From Utricularia gibba (taxonomy: Eukaryota; Plantae; Magnoliophyta): a DNA stretch of 64,000 nucleotides. Made by a program: the position numbers and the translations under genes. The notes below the pieces were generated by a model. That model was not told the DNA's origin and did no database searches. It saw nothing but the letters and a program-made list of their open reading frames with translations. The DNA lies in NCBI GenBank assembly GCA_002189035.1, contig NEEC01000009.1, forward strand, positions 682,001 to 746,000, read 5' to 3'. Every line of letters starts with the position of its first letter. Positions within the stretch are counted from its first letter, which is position 1. This document shows positions 1-14,438 of the stretch, piece after piece.

Positions 1-127
1 TTAAGGGACACCACCAACCTCTAAAGCTCCATCGAAAACTTACTCACTCGAGCGATACATGTTCCTTGCTCGCCGTACTGTCTCCCCCTGTCCCTGCGTA
101 TGCTTTAAGGCAAACAAACAAAAGGCC

Positions 128-1620
128 ATGGTTGCGGAGGAAGACGACGTCGCCGTCGTGGTGGTTGTCCGTGAGTACAACGAGAAAAACGACCGGGAGG
201 CGGTTGTGGATGCCGAGTCCCGCTGCGAGGCCGGCGGCTTCGGGGGAAACTCTCTCTGTACACCCATCTCCTGGGTGACCCCTCTGCCGCGTCCGTCATT
301 CTCCCGCGTATCTCATGCTCGTAAGTCCTGCTATTTCCTTCTTCTGCAATTCTCCGGTGGTGGACTGGAATGGAAGAAGAATTTTTATTTTTTTCGTATT
401 TCGCAGGTTGCGGAGATGGAGGTTGTCGGTGGGGGAGAGGATAAACAGAGGAAGGAGATAGTGGGCATGATCAGGGGTTGCTTAAAAACCGTAACTCTAA
501 ATGGGAAGTCGCCGGAGAGCGGTAAACAAGGCGGCGTTCAACGAACTCCGGCCACCAAAGTCGGCTACATTTTGGGCCTCCGCGTTTCTCCATCTCATCG
601 GTAAACACGTATCTGTCTGTGTTGTTATTCTCCTCCATCCCATCCAGTAATAATTTAAAGAGTGCTTGCTGGCTGATTTACCCACTCACTCCCTCGTAGT
701 CGTGGGGACAGGACAAAAACAGATCCCCTGAAATTTCCATTCTTTTTCCAATTTCAATTTTTGTCTCCAGGAGAATGGGAATCGGGCTGAAGCTTGTTCG
801 CAGAATGGAGCTCTGGTTTCGGGAAAACGGCGCCCACTTCTCCTACATCGCCACTGAAAGCGATAACATACCGTCCCTGAAACTCTTCACCACAAGATGC
901 GGCTACTCCAAGTTCCGAACCCCTTCGATTCTCGTGCAGCCGGTCTTCGCCCACCGGATTAAACCCAATAAGAAGGTAGCCGTCATCCGTCTCCCCCAGA
1001 GCGACGCCGTTTTCCTCTACCGGAGCCGTTTCTCCACCGTCGAGTTCTTCCCCGCCGACATCGACGCGGTGCTGAATAACAAGCTCAGTCTCGGGACCTT
1101 CGTAGCCGTGCCCATTGGATCCTACGATCAGAATTCCTGGCCCGGGGCTGCCGCGTTCCTGGCGGCGCCGCCGGAATCATGGGCGGTGCTGAGCGTGTGG
1201 AACTGTAAAGACGTATTCCGACTGGAAGTTCGCGGAGCGTCGCGCCTGCAGAAAGCGGTGGCGAAGACGACGAGGGTAATGGACCGGGCGTTCCCTTGGC
1301 TGCATCTCCCCTCCATACCGAAGCTATTCCGTCCGTTTGGGCTTCATTTCCTCTACGGGATCGGAGGCGAAGGCCCGAGCATGAACACCTTCGTCAGAGG
1401 GCTTTGCAGGCTCGCCCACAATCTGGCCCGCGACCACGGCTGCGGTGTGGTGGCCACCGAAGTAGCCCAGCGAGACCCCCTGCGGTCCGGGATCCCGCAC
1501 TGGGAAATCCTCTCCTGCGACCAGGACGTCTGGTGCATCAAGAGCCTCGCCGAAGGCTTCAAAGACTGGGTGAAATCGCCTCCGGGAACCTCCATTTTTG
1601 TTGATCCTCGGCAAGTATGA
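128..1620 (+). CDS. HLS1: HOOKLESS1-like GNAT N-acetyltransferase, 3 exons (128-320, 407-600, 771-1620)
   Basis: Motifs VREY, EIVGMIRGC, LGLRVSP.HR, EFFP.DID.VLNNKLSLGTF and C-terminal SPPG.SIFVDPR, with GT-AG introns. Exon 1 needs +1 nt at A-run 247-249 and at C-run 279-282 to read KLSLYTHLLGDPLCRVRHSPAYLML. Confidence 0.93.
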
Positions 1621-2290
1621 TCCCCAATCCATGTGGCTCTTCAAATTTCCCTGATTTTAATTTAGGTGAAGACGCCTTTTCAATTTCTAATATTCAGATA
1701 ATCCATAATTAAATTAATTCATTATTTTACCGCAAAGAGGATCCTTGACGTGCCGGCGCGGCATCCAATTTAGAACAGTTCACATGGACGGCATCCATTT
1801 AAATACGTTATCCGTACGATATTATTATATTTCGATATTCAATATTTCTTATTTTACGTTTTCGTTTGACGAAAAAAAGTTGTATAATATTAGTAAATTA
1901 CTTATATTTAAATATATTATTTATTCCGTTTGTAATCAATATAATATATCGTTACTTGTCTCACGATGTTATACCTATATGCAAAAAATGTAAATGAGGC
2001 GTAAAAATTAATATTATTTCGATAATTAAAATGAAGAAATTAGGAGGGTAGGGTGGTCCTTTCAAGCCGGCACTACTAACTATGATTAGTTATTCCCGAA
2101 TAAAGCTAATCAGAATTGGAAACCGAAAGCTTGTCTCCCCTTCCATCATGAAACTGGAGAATCTTCACTCTGACAGATGATTGTTGGTCTCCTTCTCTGT
2201 CTCTCTCGCTCGCATTCAGTGTCCCGACGGGCGTCGGAGGAGTTTAGTATCGGAATCTAAGTGACGGATGAAGCACCGTGGCATCACGGC

Positions 2291-4972
2291 ATGTCAGCAA
2301 GACAAATGAAAAGTGGAGTCCTGGGTGAGAGTTTGGTAATCTCTCTTTTGATTCTGTCATTCGCCATTGTTTCCGGCAAGGAGAATGACCGGAGAATTCT
2401 GCACCAGCCGTTGTTCCCATCCACTGCACCCGAACCACCGCTGCCTAGCATGGAGCTGCCTCAGGAAGACCAGCCCTTCTCCCATGAGCTCCCATTTGGG
2501 CCGTTAGTGGATCAGACCCAGGATACGCTTCCGCCGGCGCCGTTGCTTGGAGCGATGGGAACTCCGGCTTCTCCTCCCCCGTCCAGTTCGATTAGAAAAG
2601 TGACGGTGGCGGCGGCATTGACTGTTGTGACGTTGGGCCTACTGTCGGCGGTGGGGTTCTGTTTTTTAAAGCAATGTGGGAATCAGCAGGATGAGTCGCG
2701 GAAGCTTGTCGGTGGGGATTCGATGGCTACCGACGTGGAATCGAGAATGCCGCCTCCGGCAACGTCGTTTCTTTACGTCGGGATGGTGGAGCCTTCCGTT
2801 GGAAGTCTGATTGATGAAGCCAGTGGCGCTAATGGATCACCGTATCGGAAATTGAATTCGGAGAAAGTGTTGTTCGATCGTTATCGGCCGAGCCCAGAGC
2901 TTCAGCCCCTACCGCCATTGCCGAATCTCCCGCCCATGTACTCTCCCGACGACGATAGAAATGCACACACTCCTCAATCCTCCTCTTTCAGCGACGGGTC
3001 TCCAGTTTCGCGTCAAAATCGCATTCATCGATCCAAAGGATCTCCCCCGAAATCCCGACTTTCGTTATCTTCCCTTGATACGGAGCCTGTGATTCGCTCA
3101 ATCAAGCGATCTCAGCCTCCTTCTCCTCCTCCATCGCCGGCACTGGCGATTGCTTCTTCATTTGCGCCGCCGGTACCCAGTAAAAGAGCAGGGCCAAAAT
3201 TCCCGCCACCTCCTCCTCCGCCCGACATTTCGCGTCTCCGATCAATACTTTCCTCCCATCAAGAGAAACCCAGCATCCCAACTCCACCCCCACCGCCGCC
3301 GAACATAGAAAATATGGGGTCTGTGGAAGAAATTGCAAAATCACCGTTTTCAGAGACGGTAACGAGATCTGTGTTAAAAAGTATCACTCCCCAAGAGCTT
3401 GTAACTTCCATTTCACGTCGCGATGATGAATTCAGAGATGATACAGATGGATCGAAGGCGAAACTAAAGCCCTTGCACTGGGATACAGTGCGAGCCACCT
3501 CTGAACGAGCCACCGTTTGGGACCAGATGCAGTCAAGCTCTTTTCAGTGAGTGAAATTGGTCATGGAACTCAAATTTTCCTAATCCTCAGTAACGAATCA
3601 AATTTTTCATCCCGCAGATTGAACGAGAACGCCATGGAATCGCTTTTTGGGTGCAGTTCATCTAGTAAAGACAGTGGACGAAAGCCTGTCATGCCGTTGA
3701 CGCAGCAGGGGAGCCGAGTTTTGGACCCCAAGAAATCCCAAAACATCGCAATTTTGCTACGTGCACTGAATGTCACAGTTGAGGAAGTAAAGGAAGCACT
3801 TTTGGATGGTATGGTTTATACCATCTGAAAAAACTGCATTCCTAGTGACTGCTGGGGAGTTCAATGCTGAAACCTGTTGCAGGCAATTTGGAGGGGTTGG
3901 GAACAGAACTGCTGGAGACATTAGTTAAGATGGCACCAACGAAGGAGGAAGAGATCAAACTCAAAAGCTACAATGGCGACATCTCGAAGCTGGCATCAGC
4001 CGAGAGATTCCTCAAGGAGATTCTAGACGTCCCATTCGCTTTCAGAAGAGTCGAGGCATTGCTGTATCGAGCTAATTTTGAAAACGAGATCGTTTACTTG
4101 TCGAAGTCGTTTCAGACATTGGAGGTACTACTTGCTAGACATGTTGGGATCTATTCTTGCCAGAAAGTTCCAAGTTTCTTGCTTTCTGTACTCAGGAAGC
4201 GAGTGAAGGACTGAGGAACTGCCCCCTTTTTCTTAAACTTCTGGAAGCAGTTTTAAGAACAGGAAACAGGATGAACGATGGGACAAACAGAGGTCATGCC
4301 AGAGCTTTCAAGTTGGATGCATTGTTGAAGTTAGTGGACGTCAAGGGAAAAGATGGTAAGACAACTCTGCTTCATTTCGTCGTTCAAGAGATCATCCGGT
4401 CCGAAGGAGCCGAATCGGAAACACCCCACGAGTCACAGAAGCCAGATTTCAAGCTCAAAGAGCATGAACTCAGGAAAAAGGGATTGCAAATCGTTTCAGG
4501 TCTCAGCAAAGAGCTTGAAAATGTCAAGAAAGCTGCTGGTATCGATCCTGATGTTCTCAAAAGCTACCTCAGCAAGCTCGAGACGGAGCTTGAGAGAGTA
4601 AAATCTGTCATCCAGTGCGGAAAACCATCACCACCCGGAGGTGAATTCTTTGACTCCATGAACGTTTTCATCAAGCAAGCTGTCGAGGAAATAAGCAGAA
4701 TCAAGCTTCAGGAGAAGAAAGCTCTGTCTATGGTTAAAGAAGTGACGGAGTACTTCCATGGCGATGCAGCAGGAGAAGAGGCACATCCTTTCAGAATTTT
4801 CATGGTCGTTCGAGATTTCCTGTCTGTGCTAGACATCGTTTGCAAGGAGATAGGCAAGCAGCAACTGGAAAAACCTTTCTTGGTGCGGGAAGATCATTCA
4901 GAATGGAACCAACAGCAGCAGCGCAGTACATATCATAAGAACATGTGTTCTTTTGGCATCGATTTACAGTAG
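2291..4972 (+). CDS. Class I formin (signal peptide, TM helix, Pro-rich FH1, FH2); exons ~2291-3546, 3618-3808, 3883-4124, 4196-4972
   Basis: [10 protein letters not shown], a hydrophobic TM segment, poly-Pro FH1, and FH2 motifs [60 protein letters not shown] and [15 protein letters not shown]. The start could be ATG 2306. The C-terminal frame is uncertain because of a probable -1 at A-run 4869-4873. Confidence 0.93.
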
Positions 4973-5267
4973 TACAAGTTCATAGAGAAGAGGAAGCAGT
5001 CTCCTGGAAATGCAATGATGCACAACAACAACGAGACGTTCCTATAGAAAAGGGCAAAAAAGGAAACTAAAATATAGAAATTATAAAATAATAAAAAAGG
5101 GAAGAATAAAAAATCAATAATTAAGGAATTTCCAACGGTGCGCGTAAAAACTGTTAATTGCCGGGGAAAAAGGTGCCGTTCAATTTATAATCTCCGCTTT
5201 GAGTTCCGGCAACAACACATCATCCTCTTCCGACTGACGGCGCGTAGGTTCACGGTTTCGAATCGAG

Positions 5268-6970
5268 ATGAGTAAAGGTCCGGGACTCTTCTCCGATATC
5301 GGAAAGAAAGCGAAAGGTGAATTTGCCGTTCTCTACTGCATTTCGAGGTTTTTTTTTTTGTTTTCGCTGAGTTTTCACGTTTGTCGGCGTAATTATTGTT
5401 TTGATTCGTAGATCTGTTGACGAAGGATTACACATCTGAACAGAAATTCTCAGTCTCCACCCGTACCGAATCTGGATTGGTACGATAATATGCGTGGCGT
5501 ATGTTCATTGAGAATTTTCGGAGCAATTTTGTTGTTTTTTCAAAATTATTGTGGCTCATACTTTTTTTGTGTAGTGTTTTGAATTCTTAAACCGAGGATT
5601 ACCGAATCTATGGCGATGATGGTGTTGGAATTGGACGCTTTTTTTTCTGAAACTGCTTTTTATTTTTTTGTTAAATCGTTCTTCTGGAGTGTGATTTTAC
5701 TGGATTCTTTTTTGTATTGGACGTTGTTCTCCTCTGTTGGAAGCTGCGTTTTCTTTTCATTTAAGCGAGTTTTTTTTCCTTCTCCTCTGTCAGAATATTT
5801 TGACATGCATTTAAGTTTGTACGCAGAAAATCTATTCCTCTTTATCCTTCAGAATTGGTGACGCCAATAGTATCTGCTCCTGCTATTGGGGATATTTGTT
5901 TCTGTGATTTTCGCATCCATATTCATTCTGATTTTTATATGTTTGTATGGGTTATGCTCGAAGTTCTGTAGTCAATTCCCATTGATATTTTTCCAAATGT
6001 AGGCTTTTACAACATCAACTGCAAACAAGGCTGGCTACTCCAGTGGAGATATTGCAACTCAGTATATTTATAAGAAAACTTCTGCTGATCTCAAAGTTGA
6101 TACAGAATCAAATGTGAGGATTTAAAACTTTATACTCTGGATTTGTTTTCGGTGTTGGCTTATTTTCAATGGAACCATCTTTTCTTTTGTAGTTCTCCGT
6201 CACACTAACTGCTCCTAATGTCGTGCCATCATCAGTAGTGATTGCAACTCTGAAATATCCCACTTACGAGTCTGGCAAGGTCTCTTTAGCTCCTATGATT
6301 TGCCAATAGGATCCTTATCATATTTCTTTTATTGCTAAGAGCAATACTTTACACTTCTTCATGTGCAGCTTGAGTTTCAGCACTTCCACCCTCATGCATC
6401 GCTTTCCGCAGCGGTCGGCACCAACAAAGCCCCTCCACTCGATGTCTCTCTAACCCTCGGCACTCCTACCTTTATTTTGGGTGCAGAGGCAAGCTATGAT
6501 ACCAGTTCTGGTAAAGTAAGCAAATACAACGCGGGGATCAGTGTGGTGAAACCAGATTCCTGTGCCTCAATCATACTGTAAGTACCAATGGTTACTCAAC
6601 AATGGAGCTCCAAGTCTCACTTCAGCTATCATTGATAGAGAATTGGTGTTCTTTTGCCTGTAGGGCTGACAAAGGAGACACAATAAAGGCGTCATACATA
6701 CACACTTTTGATCAGGTGAAGAGGACTGCTGTTGTAGGAGAGATCACTAGAAGATTATCCTCTAACGAGAACACCATCACTGTGGGAGGATCTTGCGGCG
6801 TCGACCCTCTGATGCTCGTCAAAATGAAGCTCAACAACCACGGTTCTCTGGGCGTCGTCCTGCAGCACGAAGTCATCCCAAAGTCACTACTTACTCTTTC
6901 CAGTGAATTCGACACCAAAGCCCTGGAGAAAACTCCCAGGTTTGGCCTTTCCCTCGCGTTGAAGCCTTGA
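5268..6970 (+). CDS. VDAC: Mitochondrial outer-membrane porin (VDAC, VDAC2-like), 6 exons
   Basis: Start MSKGPGLFSDIGKKAKDLL, then KYNAGISV.KPD and DKGD.IKASY, ending PRFGLSLALKP*. All introns are GT-AG. Confidence 0.95.
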
Positions 6971-8597
6971 AAGCATCAGCTTTTTGGTCCCTCCCAGTCC
7001 CAGGTGCGTCGCTCGTTAAATTCCTTCTTGAACTCCCCCGAGAATAAATGGTTTGAAGGGAACACCATTATCATCATGTGACGATCCCTCATTTGATTCT
7101 AACATCACTCCCTTTCATTGTTAGCCTGAAAGCTCAGGCTGTTTGTTTTTCCCAATCCAACCCAAATCCCATGGTCTTTGTAATATTAAGGTGGGCAACC
7201 TCACGTTTTGGGTAAGGTTCGAAAAAAATAAAAAAATAAAAAAAGTTATGCTTATGTTTCGTGTATATTCTTATTTTTATTTTTCATTTTGAAAAGAAAA
7301 AGTTAATAGTCATATAGAATATAATAATTTTTTTCAATAATATCATTTTTATTTATTTAATTCATTTTCGATTTTATTTTTACTTTTAGATTTTTAAAGA
7401 ATTAAGTGCCAAAATTTTGTATAAACTATCATTTGTATATTATAGTAAAATAATTTTTAATTTTTTAACAAAACGTATGCAAATGTTTTAAAAAAAATTA
7501 TAGAACGCATGGATATGTTTTGCATGCATTTTCAAAATTAATTTTTGAAAAATGAGAAGTAAAATGAACTGGTGTTTTTATATGTTTTATTTCAAAATAA
7601 AAAATTAATTTGTAATAATATATAAATGATAATTCAAACCATAGATTTGTTCTCCATTTTTTTAAATTTAGAAATGAAAAATTGAGAAATAAATTTTAAA
7701 AAATGAATTGAAATAGAGGAAACAGTATTATTAAAAAAAGTTATTACAATCAAAATGAAAAATTGGAATGTACAAAATATTTTATTTTATATTGGTGTAT
7801 TACTTTTGAAAAATGATAAATAATTTAATTCCTTAGAAATATATATCATTTTGAGAATGGAAATGTATGCAAAACATAATCTTAATATTTTGTTACTTTA
7901 AAAAAATTATAAAATAAAAAATATTTTTGTTGTAATTTGACGTACTCAAAGTGTGTGAAACATAATTAATATAAAAAGATATCTTTAAGAATTTTTTGGT
8001 TAATTAAATTATATGAATTTAAAAGTAGAATTATAAATTATATAATTTTTAGTTGGTAAGTGTAAATAAATTCGAGATTGCACAATTTTTTTAAATTCTA
8101 TATACATATATTTATTTAGAATTACATTTTTTTTTACTTTACTTAAAATCATTTAATCCTATTTTTAATTTAAATAACTAAACACTAATTAAAAGATTAA
8201 TCCCACTGTCTCATCTTTACTTAAATTCAATCAAATTAAATCCATTTTATCTCATTTCCATTAATTAAACACTAATTCAGTAGCTTAATGTGGAAGTCAG
8301 TAGTGAACAACAATATGTGAACATAACTTTAGATTCATAATTGCTCTCAGGGCTAAAGCATGGAAGTCAATCAAAGCATGTGCAGCATTTACTACAGCAG
8401 CAATGCAACAAAAGCCATGGCCACTGGCTGAATGTATACTGTATGATGGGCAACTGATGGGCAGAATTGAGGCCCAAACGCCCAATCCGCAGTCAGCTTC
8501 ATATATATATATATGCACAATCTTTGTATATTCAGAATGTGCCATCTATTCACAACATAAACAAACACACATGGAGAAGCATGGATCGGCTCTGTGT

Positions 8598-10274
8598 TCA
8601 AGGAACGATCATGTCATCCACATCCAGCCAGTCGCTTGATTCCTTGCTGTCTGAGAGCTTGTCCTTGGACGACCGTGAGGAGGAGCTCTTACCAAGCTGA
8701 ACCCAATCGCGGGTGTCTTTATCATCAGAGCTGTAGTTTGGTTTCCTGAAGCTGCTCTGTGCAGCTTCATCATCATCATCTTCTTCTTCAAGATCACTGA
8801 AGGTGACATCATCATCATCATTGTGGACGGGGGTGGGGTGGGGGTGGGGGTGGTCTTTGAAACCGTGACACTGCTTTCGGTTGCCTCATCCCTTAGCCAA
8901 CCATCTACATCGTCTTCATCTTCCTCCACGGCAAGTTTCAGGGGATTATACGTTTGTAAATTGATTCCAGATTTGCTTGTGTTTGTAGCAGTGCTGGTAG
9001 CCAGCGTTTCAGCTTTCTTTGCGGAATGCCCTTGCAGTTCAGAAGCAACATCAATATCATGGTTGGATGATTTTTCAAGGGAGGCAGAGCTCCATTGTTG
9101 GTGTTGGGGGGTTATGCTCTCATCCTCGTGTTCCGCAGATTCATCCTGCTTTGTTGCGTCACTATTCTTTGAATCATTTGCCAGCAAAGCTCTAGCTTCC
9201 ATGACCTGCAGAGAGCAGTCGCCTCAGACGCAGTGGAAGGTTAAAAAACTAGCTCAACAAAATGCAACATTCATAACAATGAGTGGTTATGTGGGACAGA
9301 CAGGAAGGAAAGAAACCTGTGGTGTGGACAGGAGTAAGGCATCCTCTGTACGTAGCCTAGTGTGAACAATCACAAAGTAAATCTTCCAGAAGCGATCATC
9401 ACTCATGTATCGAGGGCACAGCCTCATTCTCAAAGCAGCCAAATTTGGAACATGTCGCTCTACAGCCAACGCATGCTCTTGTTGCTCGTCAGACATATCA
9501 AAATCTAACATTTCATGCTACTCGTGTTAGAAAACACTCCAACATACTTTGAGTAGCTAAACACAATGTTTCAAACATCCTCCAACTTCATAGCAAAAGC
9601 TTTCAGAATCAATCTAATTAAATGCACTCCTAAACACGAGATCAAGCAGATTTTTAAGTAGAAAACTAGTTAGCAGAAGAGGATAACTACAACAGGAATA
9701 GGAAGCGCACCATCCTCACCTCCATCATTAAGCGGTAACGGGAAATCAAGCCAAGTTTCCGGGTGAGTAGAGATGTCAGAAACAAACGCCACAACTTCCT
9801 GAGTAACGCCCACCGCCCCACCTGCCGGAGACTTCAAGTCTTTACCTTTATTCTCATTTTCGTCATCCACTTCCAACTGAAGAAGGCTAGACGCCATTTT
9901 TGTAATCTCAGCGACGTTAATGTTATTCGAAATTCGAGAAATTTCGCTCCTGAACCTCCCCCAATCTCCGCGAAATCTCCCCGGATCCCTAAAGCTGGAC
10001 CTTTATCCGATCCATCCACATTAGGCTCCGATTCATGCTCGGACTGCGCAGGAGGCGCAAGGAAAGTTGTGAAGCCGCGGAATTGGCGGGTTAGGGTTCT
10101 GCTCAGCTCTGAGAGATCATCCTTAACACCGCGAGATGGCGAAATCGGCGGCGACTCACCATCTTCTTTAGATTCAGTACCTTCCTTCCGCGTAGACTCC
10201 GATTCCCTACCGTCGCCGTCGTTTTCTTCGTTGAACTTGAGAGAATTCGCGATGGACCGAGCTAACCATGACAT
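8598..10274 (-). CDS. BSD-domain-containing protein, 3 exons
   Basis: MSWLARSIANSL, GVK.DLSEL, HPETWLDFP, LAALR..LCP.YMS...FWKIYFV, DW.QL and DWLDVDD. The frame needs +1 at C-run 9958-9962 and at the short G4 unit 8835-8838 in a (TGGGGG)n Thr-Pro repeat. Confidence 0.9.
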
Positions 10275-10630
10275 TCTGGTGTCGGAAAAGTTTCCAGGCG
10301 AACGCTCTCTCTCTTCCTTGAACTCACCGACGATTGGCCTTCAACAGGGATTCAGACGTTTACAGACCCCCGCCGTGCCGGCGGTGGAAGAACCCCCTTT
10401 CCGGTTGCTTTCTTGCTATCAAGTACAGTGAAAGTCAAAATCAATCCATTTATATTTGTTCTTTCCAGCAAAATCATACCATGTGAAAGGAATTTCTTCT
10501 ATTTACACAAAGGTCCCTAAGGTTTCCCATATATACAAATTCAAAGCCTTAAGAAATAGAATTCGCATATTCTACCTATTATTTCAAGACTGCACCTTTA
10601 ACACACAAGCATGGTAGAACGCCTAACTGA

Positions 10631-13059
10631 TCAAGACCGGATCGGTCTGAAATTGTACGAAAGCCTCTCCAGATGAGCCCACAGCATGCTTCCTAGAGAG
10701 AACCTCGGCCGCCCCTCCGCCGCAGCAGCCTCATAATCAAGAGTTTCATTAGAAGATATCCGTTTGATGTCGATATCGGTCCCTCGGAACTCCTGTCTCA
10801 CCCTTTCCAGTGTTCTTGGGCTGACATCTTCGCCGGAGGTCTCCTTGATGTAAAATGTACCCAGAGCTTCCTCACCCCGAATGCCTATCTCCACCCTTGT
10901 TATCGACAACCCGTTTTCGCGGAAGATCCGTGTGACATCCGATAGCAAACCAGTTCGATTTCTAGTGCAAATGTCCAGCCTCAATCCCTACAGTGAGCTG
11001 GTAAGCAGAGGGTAGCACAAGATTGATTTGTTTTGTTAGTGGCAATGCCTACCTGAGAGTTTCTTCTTTCTATTGCGGCAGTCAAACATTGAGCAACCCT
11101 GTGTTTCTCTGCTTCTGAATACCAAGTGCATCCATCTTTGCGTGTGACATAGTATTCCTGCATAGCCATAACATGAATGGAGAATTTATGATACTGAGAG
11201 AGGTGAAAGGAAGAGTTTTTTCTGCGTTACCTGGAATGCAGTGGATCCAGTGGAGCCAACAGCTGCGTGATGAACTATGTATTGTAGGTCTGTCAAGGCA
11301 CAAATTGTATCAAACAGCAGCTTTGGTCTATCACGGCTTCTCATCGTGATGATCAAGTATCCATTCTCTTTACAGCTCTCCATCCTTACATGTATGGCGT
11401 CACATTCTTTCTTCTGATCTTTGCAGCAGGGACTCAAAGCGTAGAGATCATCCAGTTCACTGACACCACTACAAGAACAGCATTCCCCATAATTCCTGTC
11501 TGCTGCCATGAGCTGGTGGAGCCGTCTCTCAGAATCAGTCTGGCCAGTGGATGGACTTGTCAACTTCACGCTTCGAAGCTCATCATCGTGGTGGTGAGCT
11601 TCTATCACATTTTCAAGTTGGGATTGAACTTGGGATGCTCGACTAGAGTCTAGATGCAGACCACTTTTTGAAGTGTCTTCTATGGAAATTACACATGCTG
11701 CTCGGCCATTGTGCGTCCATGCCACAGCTGATAAGACATGGCAGCCCAGCTGAGTCAGGGCTGCTGACATCTCCGACATTAGTCCTGGTCTGTCTATACC
11801 CGTCATTTCAAGAGTCATCTGATCAGTGAAAACCTTCGTTAAGCATAGTTCTTGATGCATGCTCGACCCAATCTTCCTACTTTCACAAATCCCCTACAAA
11901 ATTGGCATTTGTTATTGACAGAAAGCAATCCACTTTAAAAGGAACCAGTCCACAGCCACCATTGGATCATTGAAACTAACCCGTTGAATGCGATGTGTGA
12001 GACTTTCGTCTGTGATTTTATTTCCATGATGATCCGTAACATGGAACACTAGAAACCAGAGAGTAAAAGCATGGTTATGGCATTCCCAACATTCACTGTA
12101 TAAAAAAATACAGTTGAAAAATATCATATTACCATCCATCAGCCATCCACCATCAGAGGAAATGTATGACTTGGATATCACAATATCTAGATCTGTCAGT
12201 ACTTGAACTATCTCCAGAAGCATACCGTGCTTATTAGCACTATCAACCTGTGATTGGACAAGCCATTAATGGAAAGTAGATGACCTAAGGTGTAGGTGTA
12301 AAGTTCCATTCTACACTCAGATTCCAACTCAGGATCCGTGCTACATGAGAAAAAAGCCTTTTATATTTAAATCAGGGCCAGTCTTCACTAATACCAAAAG
12401 TGATTGGTTCCCAATAAAGAAAAGAAAAAAGGTCCTAAGCCATTATCCTTGTGTGTCATCCACTTTATCAACAAGATGATAAAATATCACACGTAAACTC
12501 ATCTTGATAAATACTCATAAAAAAAACTCATCTTGGTAAATACTGATAAAAAAAATCATCTTGATAAATATAGCGATAGCTTTAGCATCCAGAAGGATTG
12601 CATAGGAGTGTTTTTCATTATCATAAATGCTTTAGATTCCATGGTTTAATGCTATGAATGAAGCTGCAGGCTTGCAATGTAGTGTGGAATCTGAAGAATG
12701 GAATATGTTGTTGCAGAAGGAACAGCATAATTGATTGTGTGCACTCCCCGATTCCAGGGAAATAAGATGCAAATGACTAACCTTAACAAGAGTGCAATCT
12801 GGGTAGGAGCCATTGTCTATACAGACCCTGAAAAACACAAAATAATAACAAGAAGCCAGAGTTTCCCGTCAAGTTCAAAGAGCACATGCCTGGTGGCATC
12901 CCTCCTCGACCTCTAAGTGCGAGGTTAGGGGTTTAAACGTGAAGTGTACATAACCATGTATGCTTGCCAACTAAAAAAAAAAAGCTACCTTGGAGGGTGG
13001 ATTCTTTCCATAAGCACTTCAAATTCTCTTTCAGCATACGGCCTGTAAGTAATATCCAT
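10631..13059 (-). CDS. ACR1: ACT-domain repeat protein (ACR1-like)
   Basis: MDITYRPY...ERIHPPR/VCIDN, DSANKHGMLLE.VQVLTDLD, DRPGL, DRPKLLFDT.C.LTDLQY, RTGLLSDVTR.FRENGLS and RFSLGSMLW, with canonical splice sites. Confidence 0.92.
12496..12570. repeat. Intronic ~29-bp tandem repeat, about 2.6 copies
   Basis: TCATCTTG[A/G]TAAATA starts at 12499, 12528 and 12556. Confidence 0.8.
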
Positions 13060-14370
13060 CTTACAAGCAGACAATCAACTGCGAAAAAAAGGTTGAGAAC
13101 AGAGAAATATGTCAAAAAACTCACCTTAATTACTGCATAAATTCTTCCAATCAAACACAACACATGAACAAACCCAAGGTGATACGTAACTACGATTTCA
13201 TACTTGGATTGGAACCATTTATCAGTTTGTTTTCTAGAAAAGTATGGTCACCTACCATAACAGGGAAGTCTCATATCCAGAGACAAAAACCATTTCTTCA
13301 TAAGCAAGATACTCAATGTTTTCGAGATATCAGACAACACAAATACAAAGAACAAAACTTTACACATAAAGAACGAGAAAAAAGACGAGGCGGAAGTTCT
13401 GATAGAGATTCCTAGAAGTGTTCCCATAAGCGGGAATCAGAATACATAAACTCCCCGGAACCAGAATAAAAAAGAAAACCACGACTTTTGAACCCGGAAC
13501 ATAACAAAAAAGAGAGAATTCAGCTCATACCTTAAACCTGCAACACAATCGCAAAGCTCCTGCTTTCAACTTAAAGCCAGAAATTCGGAACAAGCGCAGA
13601 TAATTCTCAGGAAAAATGTATTCATCCAACGCATCTGGTGTGTGTGAGAGAGGGATGGAGCGCGAGATTAGGCCCAATGAACGTTTTCCTTTCTCACATT
13701 AAATTATTCGCTTTATTCAACCAAGTTGGTGCGCCACGTCGGCAGACGAAAACAACGACGCGGCCTCCTATTTCTCAATGGCGGCGCTCCGGCCACCGGG
13801 AAACCCGACACGTGGATACCATGGGGGAATTCTGTCTGCGGCTAATCGTTGATTTAGGAGCAACCTGAATTTATTATGGACTGAATTTTCTCCCTTCAAA
13901 TCACATTTTCAACGTGCCTTCCACTTTTAATTATACTCTATTAGCCTTGGAGTCTTTAATTTTTATTATAAATTTATATCCAGATAATTCAAATAATAAT
14001 TATAAACTATATTTTATTTACTTCATAAGTTTAAATAAATTCAAGATCGAAAATATTTTTTAAAGATTTATTGAAATTTTCATTTTTTTATTTAATTTCA
14101 AATGTTTTATGTCCAAATTATTCTAAACATCATTTTTAATTCTTATAATAAAAAATTAAAGTATATCAAATGTGTATGTATGGTGTCTATTAAAAAATAA
14201 TAATATATTTAGAATAATGAAATATGATTGCTGTTTCAAAAAATGATTAAAGGTTTTCATATAATATCTTGTAGGAATATTTATAAATAATCACAATTTA
14301 ATAATATCTTGTTAGTAATATAGCCCAAAGGAGGAAGGAAGGTTGATTTTTTTTTTTGGATATTTGTTGA

Positions 14371-14378
14371 AAACCCTA
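14371..14378 (+). promoter_or_regulatory. Telo-box (AAACCCTA) upstream of RH16
   Basis: Exact AAACCCTA 61 bp before the RH16 ATG. Telo-boxes are typical of ribosome-biogenesis gene promoters. Confidence 0.55.
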
Positions 14379-14438
14379 GACCCTGAGTAAACCTTGATCT
14401 CTGTGGATTCGAAATTGCCGCCGAAACTTTCCACCTGC